This document shows positions 1 to 19,452 of a DNA stretch of 64,000 bases, one piece after another. This DNA comes from Balanoglossus misakiensis (taxonomy: Eukaryota > Animalia > Hemichordata): positions 8,939,649-9,003,648 of the forward strand of contig CM082585.2 of assembly GCA_040954595.2 (NCBI GenBank). Direction: 5' to 3'. The notes beneath the pieces were generated by a model. The model worked only from the letters and a program-made list of their open reading frames with translations, was not told the origin of the DNA and made no database searches. Every line of letters begins with the position of its first letter. Within the stretch, counting starts at the first letter, position 1. The position numbers and the translations under genes are program-made.

Positions 1-3000
1 CTGAAAATTGTCTTCTGAACACGTGCACGGTGACCCTTGATATTTCACGACGCAGATTATAGCAAGTCACTTGAGTTTTCCATGTAAAGAGTGAACAATA
101 TCTGCTTGGCAGATTTGTTGATTTATTTCGGATCCGAGGACAGCGAATGATAGTTGAGCGCCAGTATCGTGTGGACGACCTAAAATAACTCTCACCCCTG
201 GGAAACGGTTTCATAGCTGTCATGAATGATATTTCCATAAATTACACGTAAATGTAACGAGTTTCCCTCGAGCTCGATAAGACTGCGGAGTGGATGTATC
301 AAGCAGATTTTATGTGTAACTTGGGAATTCATACGATTGTCACTAAAACCAATTCATGATTTGAAATCTTGTCCTCTGATGGCAGATTTGTAAGCCTGGT
401 GTTATCTGATAGATTTGACGTGGTCGGGGGTTGATCGCCTGGGTCATGATGGAGCCACAGTGGCGTAATTGTTGGCATAATTGATTGCACTATATGGAGA
501 CATCACACAACCCAGATAGAGTTCTGGCCTGCGATGCCCGACGAACCCAACCTATTTTCAGTTCATCGCTCCGTGAAACCGAACACCCCCATTGCAGTGA
601 TCTGTGTTCATTCTGTTTGTCACCTGCCAACAGGCAGCCTGGGCCCTGTACAGTAACCCTTGCTGTGCGGGACGCCAGTTGACATGTTCCGACTAGCACG
701 TTCCTGTATTAAATAACAGCGACTAGCCCGACAGGTCTGTGCGGTTCGCGACTAAACAGGTCATGCAATACCGCAATGTGCGATGAAATATGATCGCATG
801 TCATGAGCGCAGCATTTTGTTGTCACAGTTCGGTATGACATATAAATATATTATCACTTATCACTTATAATGATCAGTGTATCTAAGAATTTACTCAAGC
901 AGCAGTTCTTAGGTTTTGAGAACCTGAAAACGCCAGAATTGATTTTGATGTTTCTCGATCTGTATCAAAGCATCTGACTTGAGTCATTACTTATGAAAAT
1001 ATGAACTAGATACATAATTTTAGTTCCTTGTGAAAACTGGCATTTTCTTACAATCGGAGCGTGTTGATTTGAATGGAAGTTGATGCTGAATTCAGTGTTC
1101 TGTCTGAAAGAGTTGTATTCTCCAGTTTTGAAAAGATCAATATCATCTACAAAATCCCTCAGGCACTCTCTTTATATAATTGGGTACAAAATACTCACGG
1201 TTGGGGAATATTGGCGAGTGATTTGGGAACCCTGGTAACATTTCTGCCACCCATCTATATAAATGCATCAATAACATTACCCGGGGTACGGGTGTACCGT
1301 CTTTAACAAAAACACTGATTCAAGAAATCGTAGAAGACGACAGACAGGTAAGATTCTGAACTATATCAACTGCAATTTGCTGGGGAATATATGTCTTGGT
1401 TGGTAGCCAATGCATATTTGAATATTGTAAATATTCATAAATAGCAAAAAGGGTTGACTTGTACAAGTTGTAGAGATTCAACTGCGCTTTGAAAAATTTG
1501 AACAACTTAATCATCTTTGGGTATAGAGAATGCAGATATTTTATCTTGGAGTGTGACATTAGAAGGCCAAAATATACTAGGCTTCCTGAAACTCTGCACT
1601 AACAGTTTTCACCGATGGAATATTTGAAAGAACTCGTACAAATAAGTGAGTGACCCTGCACATCTGAGAATTCCAGGCACTAATAGGAACACATTGTGTT
1701 GTTTGGAGGAAGACTGCTGAAAATTGCTCTTGAATTTTTCTTTTTAACCGAATGCTTTGGAAATGAATATACCTGGTTTCTTCTTTTTTTCGCTGGCATC
1801 TTACAAAAGCACCCCCAGGCCACCGTCTCATCATGTCAAGTGACCGGTGATATATACATGTAGCCTTAGGGGGACGTGGGGATAGTGGAGAATCTGGAAA
1901 ATGCTAAATGTGAGATGGATTTGTTTCCTTGTAAATGTCGTCTCCATGACGATGCTTCGGATGAAGGGAAATGGAGCACAGGACATGGTTGTTACAAGTG
2001 AGTCTTGAGAAATATCCTGCAAAGTAATTGGCAGGGCTTGTTTGTGTGTGTGTGTGTGCCATGTACGTGTTCTGGTCTTTGGTGATATTTGCCTGTGTAT
2101 ATGCAGAGCTTTTTCGCCGGGCATCATTTGTGACTTTGTGTCATGATTGTCGCTGTGGCACAAAATGTGCTGTCTTTTGTGAGATGCCCGAGAGTCGGGA
2201 GGAGAAATGAGGAATATTCTATTAAAGAAACATGTACATGTATCCTAAATGTCAGATACGGTAATTACTGAAATTGAATATTGTGGTTGTACTGTGTCCC
2301 ATCCCTCTCAACATGCAAGCCAGGAAAATAACATTTCATGCCAAGGGCCTGAAATATACACCAGATGAAAAAACATTTGTAATTATACAGAATGATGTAC
2401 TATGTAAGGTATCCCCCTCAAAGCCCGAAATTCAACATGGAAACTGCTGTTACTTAAACCAGACTTCAATTAGTATGTATGTAACGTGACTTTTAGTGTA
2501 GTTCATGTTACCTGCAATCCATCTAGAAACCTGGTCATGGCTGCAAATATGTGTCCTGAACTGGATGGTAACATCCATCTTTTTCAAGATTCATTGGGAT
2601 GTACATGTAAGCTGCTGTGTATTCAGATTGCATTTTTCCACTGGGGAATTCAAAGTGATACATCTCTGAAAGATCTTCCTTGCCTTTTCATGACTCTTGC
2701 CCCGAAGTAGCAGGCATTGAACTTGCACGCTAATGACCGTATACTCCTGCTGAGAATAGTAATGCAACTGCCGTCCCCTGAAGTCAGTCATGTACAGTGT
2801 TTCTTTATCAAATGTTATAGTCAAGGAGGTTGTATTTGAAACATAATAAGCCCAGCCTTGACACTTGTAATTGTATTTCAATTCCAAGAAAGATCCGATT
2901 TTGTGATTTGATTTCAAGGGCGATGTCAGTGACTTCATCTTTCTCGGCAGGGGTATCAGTAGCGTGCACGTTCAACTCGTAACTATCGCTCTCTCTGGCT

Positions 3001-6000
3001 GAACTTCCGAAAAGCAAGATAGGTTCTAGTTAACCTTGCCTTGCTTAAATTAAATAATTGCATTGAAGGAAGTGAGATTAATAGAGTATAATTTTGAATT
3101 TTTTCATACCATGTGGAACGTTGGACTAAGTCAATATGCAGTGGAGCGTAATGTATACAATCATGTAGCTTGCTTGAGCCTGAGTTTTTTTTCCCATGAT
3201 GCATTTGAATGTATTTTTCAATCACGGTGAAGCCATTAATGTATCTTTTGCCTACAAGGTAGGCTTCCAGAGACAAAAATCAATTATTTCTGAGAGAGAA
3301 GTTGATAGTAAACAACTTAGTGCGTAACAGAATCAGGCTTAACATCCCCGCCTCACGAAAAAAGATTCCCAGGTTTGTGAATTCAAATTGTAACCTTTGG
3401 ATTGAAACATCTATTCTTTATATACTGGTTTGAAGATCTTACTCAACTACATGTGAATGTCCATGTACATTGTATGTGTGGATGTTCACATTGGATCTGT
3501 GTGTGTTTCGATGGGATGTGCGTAAATACAATGTACTAAAGTCAATGTAAACTGTGTACATGTGTGTGTTTATGCTCCTTTAGGGTTCCTTGCCCTGTGG
3601 CTGTTTGGAGTGCACGAACCGAACTGAGAAACAGTAGACGTGGCTATTATCATGGCTTTTGTGCATGTGACAAGCCTGGGCCGATATTTTGAAGATTTGC
3701 GCCCGGTTGAGAAACAAGGGCTCTTTGTTGTGGCGTGTCCGGGCATGCTTCTAAATTATCAATTGACGAGGCGGCCAAACACGAAACGTCTGACCTTGTC
3801 GAATTCCCCACCGTTTACACAATGAATATATTTTGTTGCGTTTCCTGCATATATGGCGTTGTATGCTATGACACCCCTTTGTTTGTTATTGTGTGGCTAG
3901 AATAATGCTTTTAAAATCCGGTACATGTAACTGTGATGTTTCTCCTGCTTTGTTTTTCCAAAGCCTTTTACTAATCCTGTTTTGTTTGGTGAGATTGAAA
4001 CCTTTGAAGGGAAATGACCCCATGCTCACTCTATACACCCTCCGTGAAGGAATGTAGGTTTTACATCTCAACCCTTGGGGGAGGTTGAAAAATTTTGCAT
4101 TATAAATTTGGACGTAGTATAATTTGAAATTAAAATAAATTTAAGGTGTGTGTACATAGCAAAAATTATTTATCTGGACCGACTCCCATATTGAATGTTT
4201 GTCTTTTCACCAGATCTTCTTGTCATGTCACCCCCCCCCCCCCTCACATTAAGTGGTTTGCCCCTTAGGTCAAATTACCCTGTGATGTCAGACACAACAC
4301 GATTCCCTAAAGAATCATGCCTCTGTTTGGAATTCTCTGGGTGTATAATACCATAGAAGCAGGTCGCTCAGTTAAATACCCGTAGTCTAACCCCACACTT
4401 AAGTCAGTGAAAAGTGAACACTAGTGAAAATGGGACCATTTAGCAGTTAGTTGGGACAATGGACTGTGCTTTGGGTGTGTCCAGGTGGTTGAGGGGTCAC
4501 TCAACTGGCCGAGGTAGATGTAGATGTACACAGACCATGTCTGAAAGGGTGTAATTGGAGAAACTACCTACAGACATCTATTGTGCTTGTCGATCGAGAT
4601 ATGTCGTTTGGTCTGCTGAAAATGGGGTTGGAGATTGACCCCCTGCACTCGGACAGATAGCCATTGAAATTGATGTTGCCATGGTAATGTGTACAGCGTG
4701 CTCACACAAACTAGTCATGCAGCAATAAACCACATTTATATGACATCCACTTTGATTTTAAAACTGAACCAGCGTTATACATGAAGTAACTCTGGTTTAA
4801 TATACTAGAGCTTATTTCATATTCCTAATATGTCTGGTCTTGAGTGAAAATAATATCAGTTGCCAAATTGCCTATAACGCATTCTAGCCAGGGAGCTGTA
4901 CCTCGCCTTTCAACATACCATCAGTGTTGTTGAAATCATGCATAGCATAATGTATCGACTTTAAGTATCTAATAAATCATACTATGGAATATACATCACC
5001 ACATTACGATAATATCGCATGATTTATATTAAAAAAGTAATAAAGTTGGATGTATGGCGCTGCATAATAGCATAGTGATTTATGTGAGCTATGTCAAAAG
5101 GAATATAGAACTACTAAAAAATTTCTTCCTCGAAATTCCTCATTTACATGGTTTGGTAAATTTGATGGTATGTCTTTGTGTGTGACTGGGTCGCCAGACT
5201 GATATACGAAAAGATGTGCGCATTAAAATTGTGTTTTATGTGGTTGTCGTTTATTTTTAATGCAACTATTAGGGATCCCAGCATCTCCAGGGGAAAGGTC
5301 GAAGCTCTAACAGTCGTGAGTGATGTTGTTGCAAATTGGAGAATACTTCTTGCATGATACTCAATCAACATGCATTACCCTGGTATTGACGTGGGTGCGT
5401 AGGGTGACCTTGAGATAAATAGTGAAATATGGCATCGCATGTTCGCAGAAATTTCACCTTGTTGTCTCGGGGAAGGTATTTACCCTGACCTCAGCCTAAC
5501 ACTGGTCTGGCTGAAGTGAATTATTACGCTAGATAAACAACGCGTAAACCGTGATCTTTCTTTTGTTCAATAGGCATCATGGAATTTGAACTATGAAACC
5601 TTGAACTTTACAACTTTTTTTTTTTGGCAACGAAGTCCAGTAGCCAGATCCCATCACAAACAACAAACGGATGCACAAATTTATGATGGTAACATTAACT
5701 ATAAATAGTGATTTGTCATATTGTCGCAGTTCAGTGGGCTTGTTGCTGATTGTTTACAAGTCTCTTTTGGCATCCGTCCAAGGTCTTTATTAACGCACAC
5801 CCCTTCCTGTATGTGTGCATTGACTTTCCATTGGTGCCGTGCTGTATGTACATGTAGTAGATTTACAGGGCAGGACTGAATTTCCAGGAGCGTCTTGTAG
5901 ATCAACAGACATGTTTCGCCCCGAGCGAGGGGGTGACGAGCTCATCTAAGGCACGCATGTACAGTAGCCAGGAATGAAATCCCCCTCCGAGGAATGATAG

Positions 6001-9000
6001 TAGGTCTGATGATCACCGACGCAAAATGTCATGCTTCAGTTTTAATGATTAATTAGACTGTCTTGTGGGTTGGTGAGGTTTTGACCCTGTCAAAAATGAA
6101 AAAAAACAAAAACACATTGTCATGCTCTCACTGGCTTTTCTAGTCTGTGCGTCAATTTCAAATGTGCGTCAATTTCAAATCAGTCTTAAAAGAAAAGTAC
6201 GTATTGTGAACGTTTTTGTTCCAGCTGATAGTGATACTGACAATGTTGATAAGCGTTGTCAGTGAAGGTTGTACAGTGTATATCTCTTAAATATTTCATA
6301 AATACCAGAGCAATGTTCGTGCACGTAATGCCCTGAAAATACTTGTGTTGACTCTTGGATAAGCTCTGTGAAGGAGAGGTTTGGCATTGAATTATTGAGT
6401 GAAATACGTCAATGTGTTAATCCTTGTCCTGTGTTGGGGAGCCTGGTGAAGGAACTGTAAACAAGATTCTGAGAAGTCTTCTGTCCCTCCTCCTACCCCA
6501 CTTGCTTCATCACCCCCCTCCCCACCCCCACAGTCCCTGTTTTGGGTGACAGTATGTTTGTAACATAGATTAGGAATTCAGGTGGATTGTATTGGCTGTT
6601 CCCAAGAGTAAGTGTATAAAAAAAGAGCACCATTCAAACGTGGCCTGTCTCACAAATCATCCAGTGTGCACTTCAATACACTCTAATACTCTTCAGGGTT
6701 TATGACCAACACACCCAAGGGTTTTCTCAACTTCGTTTGAAAGGCAGACTTATTCTGAGATCAACCCCGAGCGCTGACCCCTTTGATTTTGATTTCAATA
6801 TTTAATGCAGCCGAGTCCGTAACAAAATCAGTAATTGACAGCGTCGACCCCTGGCGAGCTAGTTCTGGGATTTGGGGGCGTGCGTCACATAGAAGGCTGG
6901 CTCTGATAGGATGATGGAAGCCCTGAACTAGACCACCAACCAATCGTGTGTTAGGTTACAAAGACTACCTCGCGTCTACAGACCGCATTTGTAACAAAGT
7001 GACTGGTGTGTCTAGAGATGATTACATTTAATTTATCGCAGTATTAAGAAATTTATTTTTTTGAGAGGAAAAGGTGAAGGATTTTGCCTGGAGATTGACA
7101 CTGATTGGCAAATCCATCGCCTGATAAATTTGGATTGTGATAAATTGTGTTTGTTAGCGAGTAATTTTATTCAGAAAAGCACAGCTCACGACTAAGCGTA
7201 ACTGTATCACACACCGTTTTGCTCTGTATTGACTGATCAATATTAAAAAAGTATATTACATTAAGACATATAGAAAGTAAGCCACCTTAAGGCACAGTTG
7301 AAATGTTAAAATAGATTGAACAGTTTTTTACAGTAAAAGTGCAGTATTTGTAATACCGTAGCAAAAATAAGAGGGTTCATGGAAGGGAATTTCTTGTTTC
7401 TGAAGAAAATATTCTCTCGTCTCTTTCGCCCGTAACGAACAATAAGAGAACTTGAAACCAAAACCCTCCAAACCAGAAATAAATGTCCTGGATACCTGAT
7501 AACCCGAGCAATGACTTCAGTGCGACCTCCCGATGACCTGTGTATTGACTGCCTGGAGTGTAAATAAATATTGATTACGTTCACCCAGTGCAGCTGGGCT
7601 GTTTTTGTAATGCTGAGTGGCTGTTTGAAGCAAGGGGGGAGTGACCGCGGGGAGACGTCGTCGGAATGGTGCCAGTGTGGGATGAGTGCCGTCGGTGTCT
7701 GGGGAATGTAGAATAGTTCAGAGAGTGCTTGAGGTGGATTTTCCTGTTATGTTTCGATATCAACGCAGTCCTCGTTGAACATTTACTAAAACGGAACAAC
7801 GCGACATGCACCCTGGTAAATTTTACTGGGCTGTCTCATCTTTGATTAGATAAACATTTTTATCACGTTTAAGTTTCTTTTATTTGAGCTACATGTATGT
7901 GAAAGTCCCATCTTTAGCGTCAAAGAACATACTCTGCTATGTACAGAGTGTCGCCCTGATAACGGATCCACGTGCCCCTCATCCGGCGCCAAGGTCACAA
8001 GGCTGCCCACCCCCATCAGCGACAGTGGACTGTTCCCACGCTGTGAGATGAAGGTCATCGCACTGTAAGCCGGGCATTGAAACTGTCAACAAGGAGAAAA
8101 GAGCCCATCCAATCTGGCGAGCTATAGACCTGATACAATAACAAGATGTCGCTCGGCGTGGTGGTCACATGACTCGCTTTCCATTAATGACTGACAGCAG
8201 CTTGATTTTTGCATTCACAAGGTAAAAACAATCTGTTACTTGTACAGTTCCTTCCAGAATTTATTGGGATAGATGCTTAGGAGCAGTGTTTTTGTTAAGG
8301 GCAGTATTCAGGTAAATGTTACCAGGGGTTCACAGTCATTTTACCTGGGTTCCCCTTGGTACATCAATGCAGTCATATTATTAAGGTAGCAGAGGCGTAA
8401 CCGGTCTTCCCAGATCATTTGCCAATATGTGTGGGGGTCGGGGTCGTAGTGGTTTTGTCGAATGTACAATAATACAAATGAACTCCAGGAATACTTCTGT
8501 TATGTACATTTCCGTGAATTTTCCTAAACGGAGAGCGGTTTGACAATAGGTATCGCCATCTGGCTGAGTTGTCAATGTGTGGTTGTCAGCCACACACGCA
8601 CGGATTTCCTATGCACCATAAATCCAACGGAAATTGTATTCATTCATCAATACCCCTACTCATATAATGTGATGATAACACTTCGCTGCCATGGCAACTG
8701 TCCATAAATCCAGTTATTGTGTAATTTGCAAAATGGGAAGTGAGCGTTCTTGTGTGCACTCGTTGTGAGCGAGTTCGGATAATGAAATTCGTTTGATTTG
8801 CCAAGATATTGTCAGGGTTGTTATTTTTAATTCGTGATCAGTTGTATTGCTGCAGTATTAGGCTTGTGTGTAGAATATATGTTTAAATGTCATTTAGTTG
8901 GCAGGGTTTAGGCTGTGCCTTGTGTATGTGTCAATTCACGTAGTGTTGTTCCTTGATGCACAGAAAACTGGGAAGCTTAGCACGTGAATGTTATCTAGGT

Positions 9001-11821
9001 CAAGCATGACATGTTTGCAAAAACCCTCCAGTTGGGGATTAGCTTTCACAGAAACCTGTGTAGATCACGGAAAACAATTTCCTTAATGCACGTGATTTTA
9101 TAATCGTCTGGCATTTTACCTATTTTGTGCCTGATTCTGCTAAGCCCCAGGAAGTCGCCTTCAGACAATTGGCTTGTTTGTTTCGTGTTTTGCCAGGTGT
9201 TGTCTAATGCAACCCAGGTGACTTTCGGAGGGGCGGTGCAATTTGCCACAAATAATTTAATACTGTATCACGTTCTCCTTTTTTGCTGTTCAAGAAAGGT
9301 TGTACCATCGGAAAATAGGGGTGGACGGGCGACATAGGATGTAGCATCGAACATACAATGTAGGGTAGACAGCTTGTATCATTTGATGTTTCATACCCAT
9401 GAATAATATTCCAATCCTGGATCGTGGAAAATAAATCCCGGGTGATATCAAGTATTTCAGATCCTTCCCGGCGGTGGAGAATTTATCTGCATGCCTGGTT
9501 GGGTAACGTGAAACTCGCAGAAAGTACAATGATTGACCAAGCTGATTGCCCAGGGGTGATTCAGGGAATGATGATCAAAGGCTTCCTCACTGCATCTCAA
9601 ATGTCTTGCGTGCGACCAGCATACTTCGTTCCTCCTGCCAGGTGTGTAGATGTGTGGGCGGGATGGAAGTATCCATTACTGGAGAATAAAAAGTTTCTCG
9701 TTTCACGGATGCAGACCTGTGGTTAATTCTTTCTAGGAAATAGAGGGGGGAAGTGTGTATCGACATAATTCCCGAGTTATTATCAATATGCTGTGTGTGG
9801 GTAGACTACTAGTTCTTGATGCGTTATGAGTGTACATTTCCGGTATAGAGTAGTGCATTTGTAGATTTCCTCATTTCGCTTCAGTTCTCAATCGTAGGTT
9901 TCGCACGCATTCTTGTTGAGAATGGATGCTTATATCGTGTTTTTCCTTTGAAATATCCATCGAGTTTAATCCATTAGCTTTTAGGAAAGCAATCTGCGCA
10001 TTGCAAATGCATCATTTGCTAACAAGTTTCTTCTTCTTGAAATACCATTTGGGGAATTGTAGGTAAATATGCGATGTCTGTACTCAGCTAAGCCAACATG
10101 ATATGCCACTTACGCGAAATAGTTCTACATGATGGAAATTTTTCACATAACATGTAGAGATTATACAGGGGTCGCACTAACCCCATAGTTTGCTTTCCAG
10201 ACTCCTCTCTTTAAAAGAGGATAGTATTTCTTACATACATACAGTGGTTTGAATATTTTGTTTGCAAAACTCAATTTGTGAAATCGTTGTAAAGACAACT
10301 CTGGTCTTAAGATCCACTGTTTGAAGGATTTGAATCAGTTTTGTGAATTTACACTAGCGTTTCCTCAACAGCAGAGAGTTGCTGTGAACTTGACATTCAG
10401 GTCAGGGAGTTAGGAATGAGTCATCAAGCCGGCCAGCCCAGGGTATCACCGATGACTCACTGCACAAGTCTGGCGCTACCCCAGTTGATCGATTTCAGGT
10501 GACAGGCGGGACGCATGTATGAGGCTTGAAATGATGGCCAGGGCATGCTGATGATGCTGTCAAGGTGCCTCACATTCTCAAGAACTCAACCCTATGAATC
10601 CAAGTCAAATTGCAGTAATCCCACATGAGCACACGCAATCCCAGATACTAGAAGTAGAACTAGCAGAAATCGGGATTTCTCAACATTCATAATTTACTAA
10701 CTCACAATCCGGTTAGCGTAAATATGTGCCGACATACTTTAAATCCTGAATAAGCTCACATTTGAGAACCTGAATCTCTTCAGAATCTACCTAAAGGAGC
10801 CTTTGTTTACAAACTCAGTAATATTTATCAGACATACTGGTATCAACGACTTCCTTGTTCCTGGAATTCAACACTAAATTTAGAAACTCTGAATTGGAAA
10901 CAGGAAGTTTCTGTTGCATTTTCTCTTCACCTCGTTCACCCCCGTACTTCTGAGCGTACGAGGTCAGCCAGTGTCGCTCAAAACAAGGAACTCAAAGCGA
11001 TTGCAGTAATTAATAGGTTATTGCCCGGCGTACAGATGTTCAGTATTGATTTGAACATATTTCACGCGCACCTGAGGGAAATATATGTATCAGCAACCGT
11101 TTTATGAGTTTAAATATTGGGATCGCTGTTTGCGGACACGAGTGTGACTGAAATTTAAATTGGGGCGATGGCATCATTTTTATCGCAGTGTGCGTGTGAG
11201 CAACGAATGACTACCCTTCATCAGTGTGGCTAATGTGTCGGTGCTGCGAGCCTCCTTCATGCTACAGTTGTTCCTGAATGAAAAGACCGTCTAAAAATAG
11301 CACTGTGGTCTCTCTGTGTTTGATGGCTGTATTCATTCAGTGAGCAATTCTCGAACCTCTGAACTGTAGCCAAAACAAAAAAATTCCATTCAAAGTTACT
11401 GTCTAATTTTACTTCTGAACAAAGATGCCATCTACAGAGCAGGCTAGTCATCTACCCGAAGTGCTAACAGAAATTATATGAGTAGGCTATTATATCAAGC
11501 TGTTGCCACGACAACCTTATCTCTGTGGCAACCATCTCCATGGCAACTGGTTCAAAGAGCCAGTCAGTTACCTGTTATATAGTGCATTCTTCACATGAAT
11601 CATTTTTCCCCTTCTAGCCATTATTTTTCAAATGGAAATTTATTGCATGTCTATGAATATCAACATTGTACAAGTACGTTTCTTTCAAACATGTCATCAT
11701 TTTATGCAGTCAAAAGGACAACAGTAACAATATCTCTGTTCTCCTGTTTCTTCTTCCAGATTTGTGAGTTTTTGCAGAGTGATACAGTGGTTAGTGTCCT
11801 TATGGTTGGGTTCAAGTATAG

Positions 11822-16111
<4,290 letters not shown>

Positions 16112-17257
16112 GTCTCTCGTAGTTGGCTTCTAGTTCATCAGACTTCTTCCCACGTTGGTCAGTCCAGCCGTAATCCCGCTCCGGGGGATCCTGCAGATCT
16201 TGGAGTCCCCCTCGCACGGGAAGCATCTCGTCCAGCCCTGGCTTTTTTCTGTCTTCAATCTTGATGATACCATCTCTTGGACATCCTGAAATAATCCAAT
16301 GTCTGAAATAATGAAAAATTGTAACACTTCAGGTTCAAGCTCGGTAACCAGCATTTCAAGTTCAAAAGCAAAAATAATTCATGGAAAAAAAAGTCAAGAG
16401 TTGGCTTACAGCTGACATTTGCTTACCATACTCAGAAATGTGAATTATCATTCAATTGAAAATTTGAATTAAAAAGCAGTAACTGACAAAAATGCAGCCC
16501 CAAGAATGTGTGCATAGCAACTTGAAATATGGTAATTGAATTGAATTGATGGTAATTGTCTGTCCCAGAGACTGCGTCATGATGCTAGTAATTTCATGCA
16601 CGCTGCATGAATGTATCTAGCTGAATAATTCAGACGGCTTGTAAGTTTGCACGGCTTCCCATCCTGGCACGTGGTTATCTGAAGCTTCCCTGGTCAAAAA
16701 ACACGTCATGTTTAACTTGATCCCCACATCTGGCCAATTTTGGATATCCTAAATTATTCCACTCGTCCAAAACACCCAATTGCAGAAAGTTTCATCAAAG
16801 TATCGAAGTGTGAGATGTCACTCCCCACTTTCTTAAGTTTATGTCCACTCTTCACTGATACCCTAATACGTGCCAATCAAGTTTGACCTTGACCCCAAGA
16901 CCAAGGTCAAATCAATTCCAGGTTACTGTGAGTGACACATAGTATTTTGTAGTGTGAAAACAATTTTTTGTGGAAATTTGTAAATTTCAGTGACTTTTGC
17001 AAACTGATATTTGTAATAAGGTGTTTTTAAGAAACTAGGGAGAAAGGAAATATATGTTTGCTGCTGCTTTGGAGGTCAAGAATGTGTAGATTTAGAAATT
17101 TTCATTCAAAGCAGATTACGCAGTGTTAAACCAGGGTTGCCTGAACTACATAAAAAGGACTAGACTGCCAACCTACCTCAAAAGTTAGTGTGTCGTCAGT
17201 AATTTATCCCTTGTGCAAACTCCGATCAAATTTCTTATCAAAAAAACTTTTCACTTC

Positions 17258-17263
17258 AATAAA
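17258..17263 (+). terminator. Candidate polyadenylation signal of TBL1XR1
   Basis: AATAAA about 1.15 kb after the stop codon; usage cannot be verified from sequence. Confidence 0.35.
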
Positions 17264-19452
17264 ACTGTGGCTCTAGAACGATTTGAGTCTCCGGCAGGAT
17301 CAGAAAACGCTTCCCAGATGATGTATAGGGAGTGGCAATGAAAACAAACGAAAGCACTGTGGCCGACACAAGAGGGCACCTGCGTTGATTCTTGGTTTCG
17401 GCAACCCTGAAATCCACCAGTTCCATGGCTGTCTTTTTTCGCCCAGTTCTCATGAGTTTTGTATCAAACTTTCAGAAAAAAGAATTTCCATCAACTTGGT
17501 ATGTACAATATTCTGTCCTGTAATATATATATAAACAAAGAACTAGGAAAAGCTGATCATATCCAACAGTCAAAAAGAGTCAAGTTCTTTTATTATTTTT
17601 CTTGCCTGTTTGTCGAGTATTTTTACCCAGTTCTTTTGTGAATTGGGTTTTAACTTTAGATAAAGAGGTATAAATCAAAAAAGTGAGAATATTTCCAGGG
17701 AAAAAATATTTTCAAAACAAAAAAGTAATTATGGTTAGAAAAAAGTAAAACTTGATTTAAGGGGAAAAATGTAAAGTACAGCAATTGCATTTTTGTATAA
17801 GCTTATTTCTACTGCCTGATTTGTGTCTTTGTTCAGGCAAAATGGTCCAGCAACTGTGTTGTTAATTTTGATTTGTAGAAAGTGAGAACTTGTAATTTTT
17901 GGGTACTGTTATTTTTAATACACCTCTGGTAGATATGCCACCTGTTGCAGTAAATGTATGTCTCTGGAAAAAAATAAGTTTGTCATAATTTTCCCCCCAA
18001 AAATATGTCCATCCCAAGATTAGGAAGACCCCCCCTCCTCCCACAACGAACTTTAGTACAAAAAAAATTGAGGTGTAAAATTTTTCAGGGAAGGACCTTT
18101 CCCAAGAAAATGTGGATTAAAATTCCCGATAGCTACCCTGTCAGTCTGTAGATCCCAATATATGTGTAATCTTATATTTTTTAGAAATTTCAGTACATGG
18201 TCTGTCAACGCCCGACAATTTATAAAGTCCCCCCTGTACCATTTCATGGTATCTTGTATGTAAGTTTGGGCATTTCCCAGTCCACGCTTTTTTGTATTGC
18301 TGCTTTTTGAAAATGTAGTTGTTGCCCACTTTTGTTTTCTTGCTGGTCAGTTTTACTAGCCCTTGGGAGTATGTTTTGTTCCCAGTAGTCGATGTGACCA
18401 TTTCTCTCATTGAAGTCGGAATAAATTGCTATATTTTCATATAGAGAATTCTTTTCCTGTCTTATTGTGTCTGTTTTAATTTTCTTACAAAAATGAGTTT
18501 TCCTGGAATGGAAATTCCTAGAGTTCTGAGAGTTCGAGCACATGAACCCATGAAGTTGTCACCATATGACCTATATTGACCTTTAACAAAAGCGTGGAAG
18601 ACCTGAAAGGAGGTCAGGCTGGCTGTGTCTAAATATAACTATGAGCGTGTACTGACCAATCAGGCTTTAGTGAGTTTGGTGATTAGCTATGCACACCTGT
18701 ATGCAGTGCTGTTTGATTGGCTGTAGAGTTGGGGCACGTGACTCGCGCGTATCTCCGGCGTGCGCGTTTTCGCCGTGAACGACGCGACACGACACCGGAA
18801 GAGGAGAAATATGCGAACGACGAAAAATTCGTTCGTTTTTCCACAAAACGATGAATTTTCACCCTTTTCCATGTCTTCCCCGTCGCCGACTCTACTATGG
18901 AGTATGTTGGTATGAATTTTACACGAACTACAGCTTCGAGGACGCGGGCAACTGCGGCCGCGTGTACCGTTATGTGTTGATGAACATGGAGGAACAAACC
19001 AATCGCCGACAAGGAGCATACTTGTTATATGAGGTAAATTTCTCAATTTTTTTTTTGACATGTCTATTGCTTGTCAGATCTCGGAAAGCTAACTCAATAC
19101 TTGTACTAAGTCGTAGCGTGGGCCGCCGTTTTTGCTGTATTTTTTATTTGATGAGGGAACAATATAGCCCGATAGCAGGCTACAAAATTTCACTGAATTT
19201 CTAAACTTCATAGTTCATGTAGTTACAGCATCCGAACATTTGTTTGCAGCATGAGTTCACAACGGTATGGATTTGGAATTGGCCGCTTTACCTGCAACTC
19301 GGATCTCCGACGTGATATAGAAGGTAGGATAAAAGTTTAATTTTAAATCGATTACAGCAGCGGATCGCATACATGCGTCCATGTATACGGCCCGTTATCA
19401 CACGTAATTCGATCTAGTTCTTGGCTAAAAAGTTCTATCTTTAGGTTAATTA

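Noticed and set aside
4075-4270. Possible PIF/Harbinger-type MITE ending in GCCCCTTA
   Set aside because: No matching left terminal inverted repeat could be found
5947-5956. Matches to miRNA 5' ends (miR-124-like TAAGGCACGC here; miR-133-like near 58686; miR-34-like near 19888)
   Set aside because: Matches stop after 10-11 nt and no precursor hairpin is evident
1-11759. Short ORFs upstream of TBL1XR1
   Set aside because: No homology or consistent exon chain; most likely 5'-UTR intron or upstream sequence of TBL1XR1
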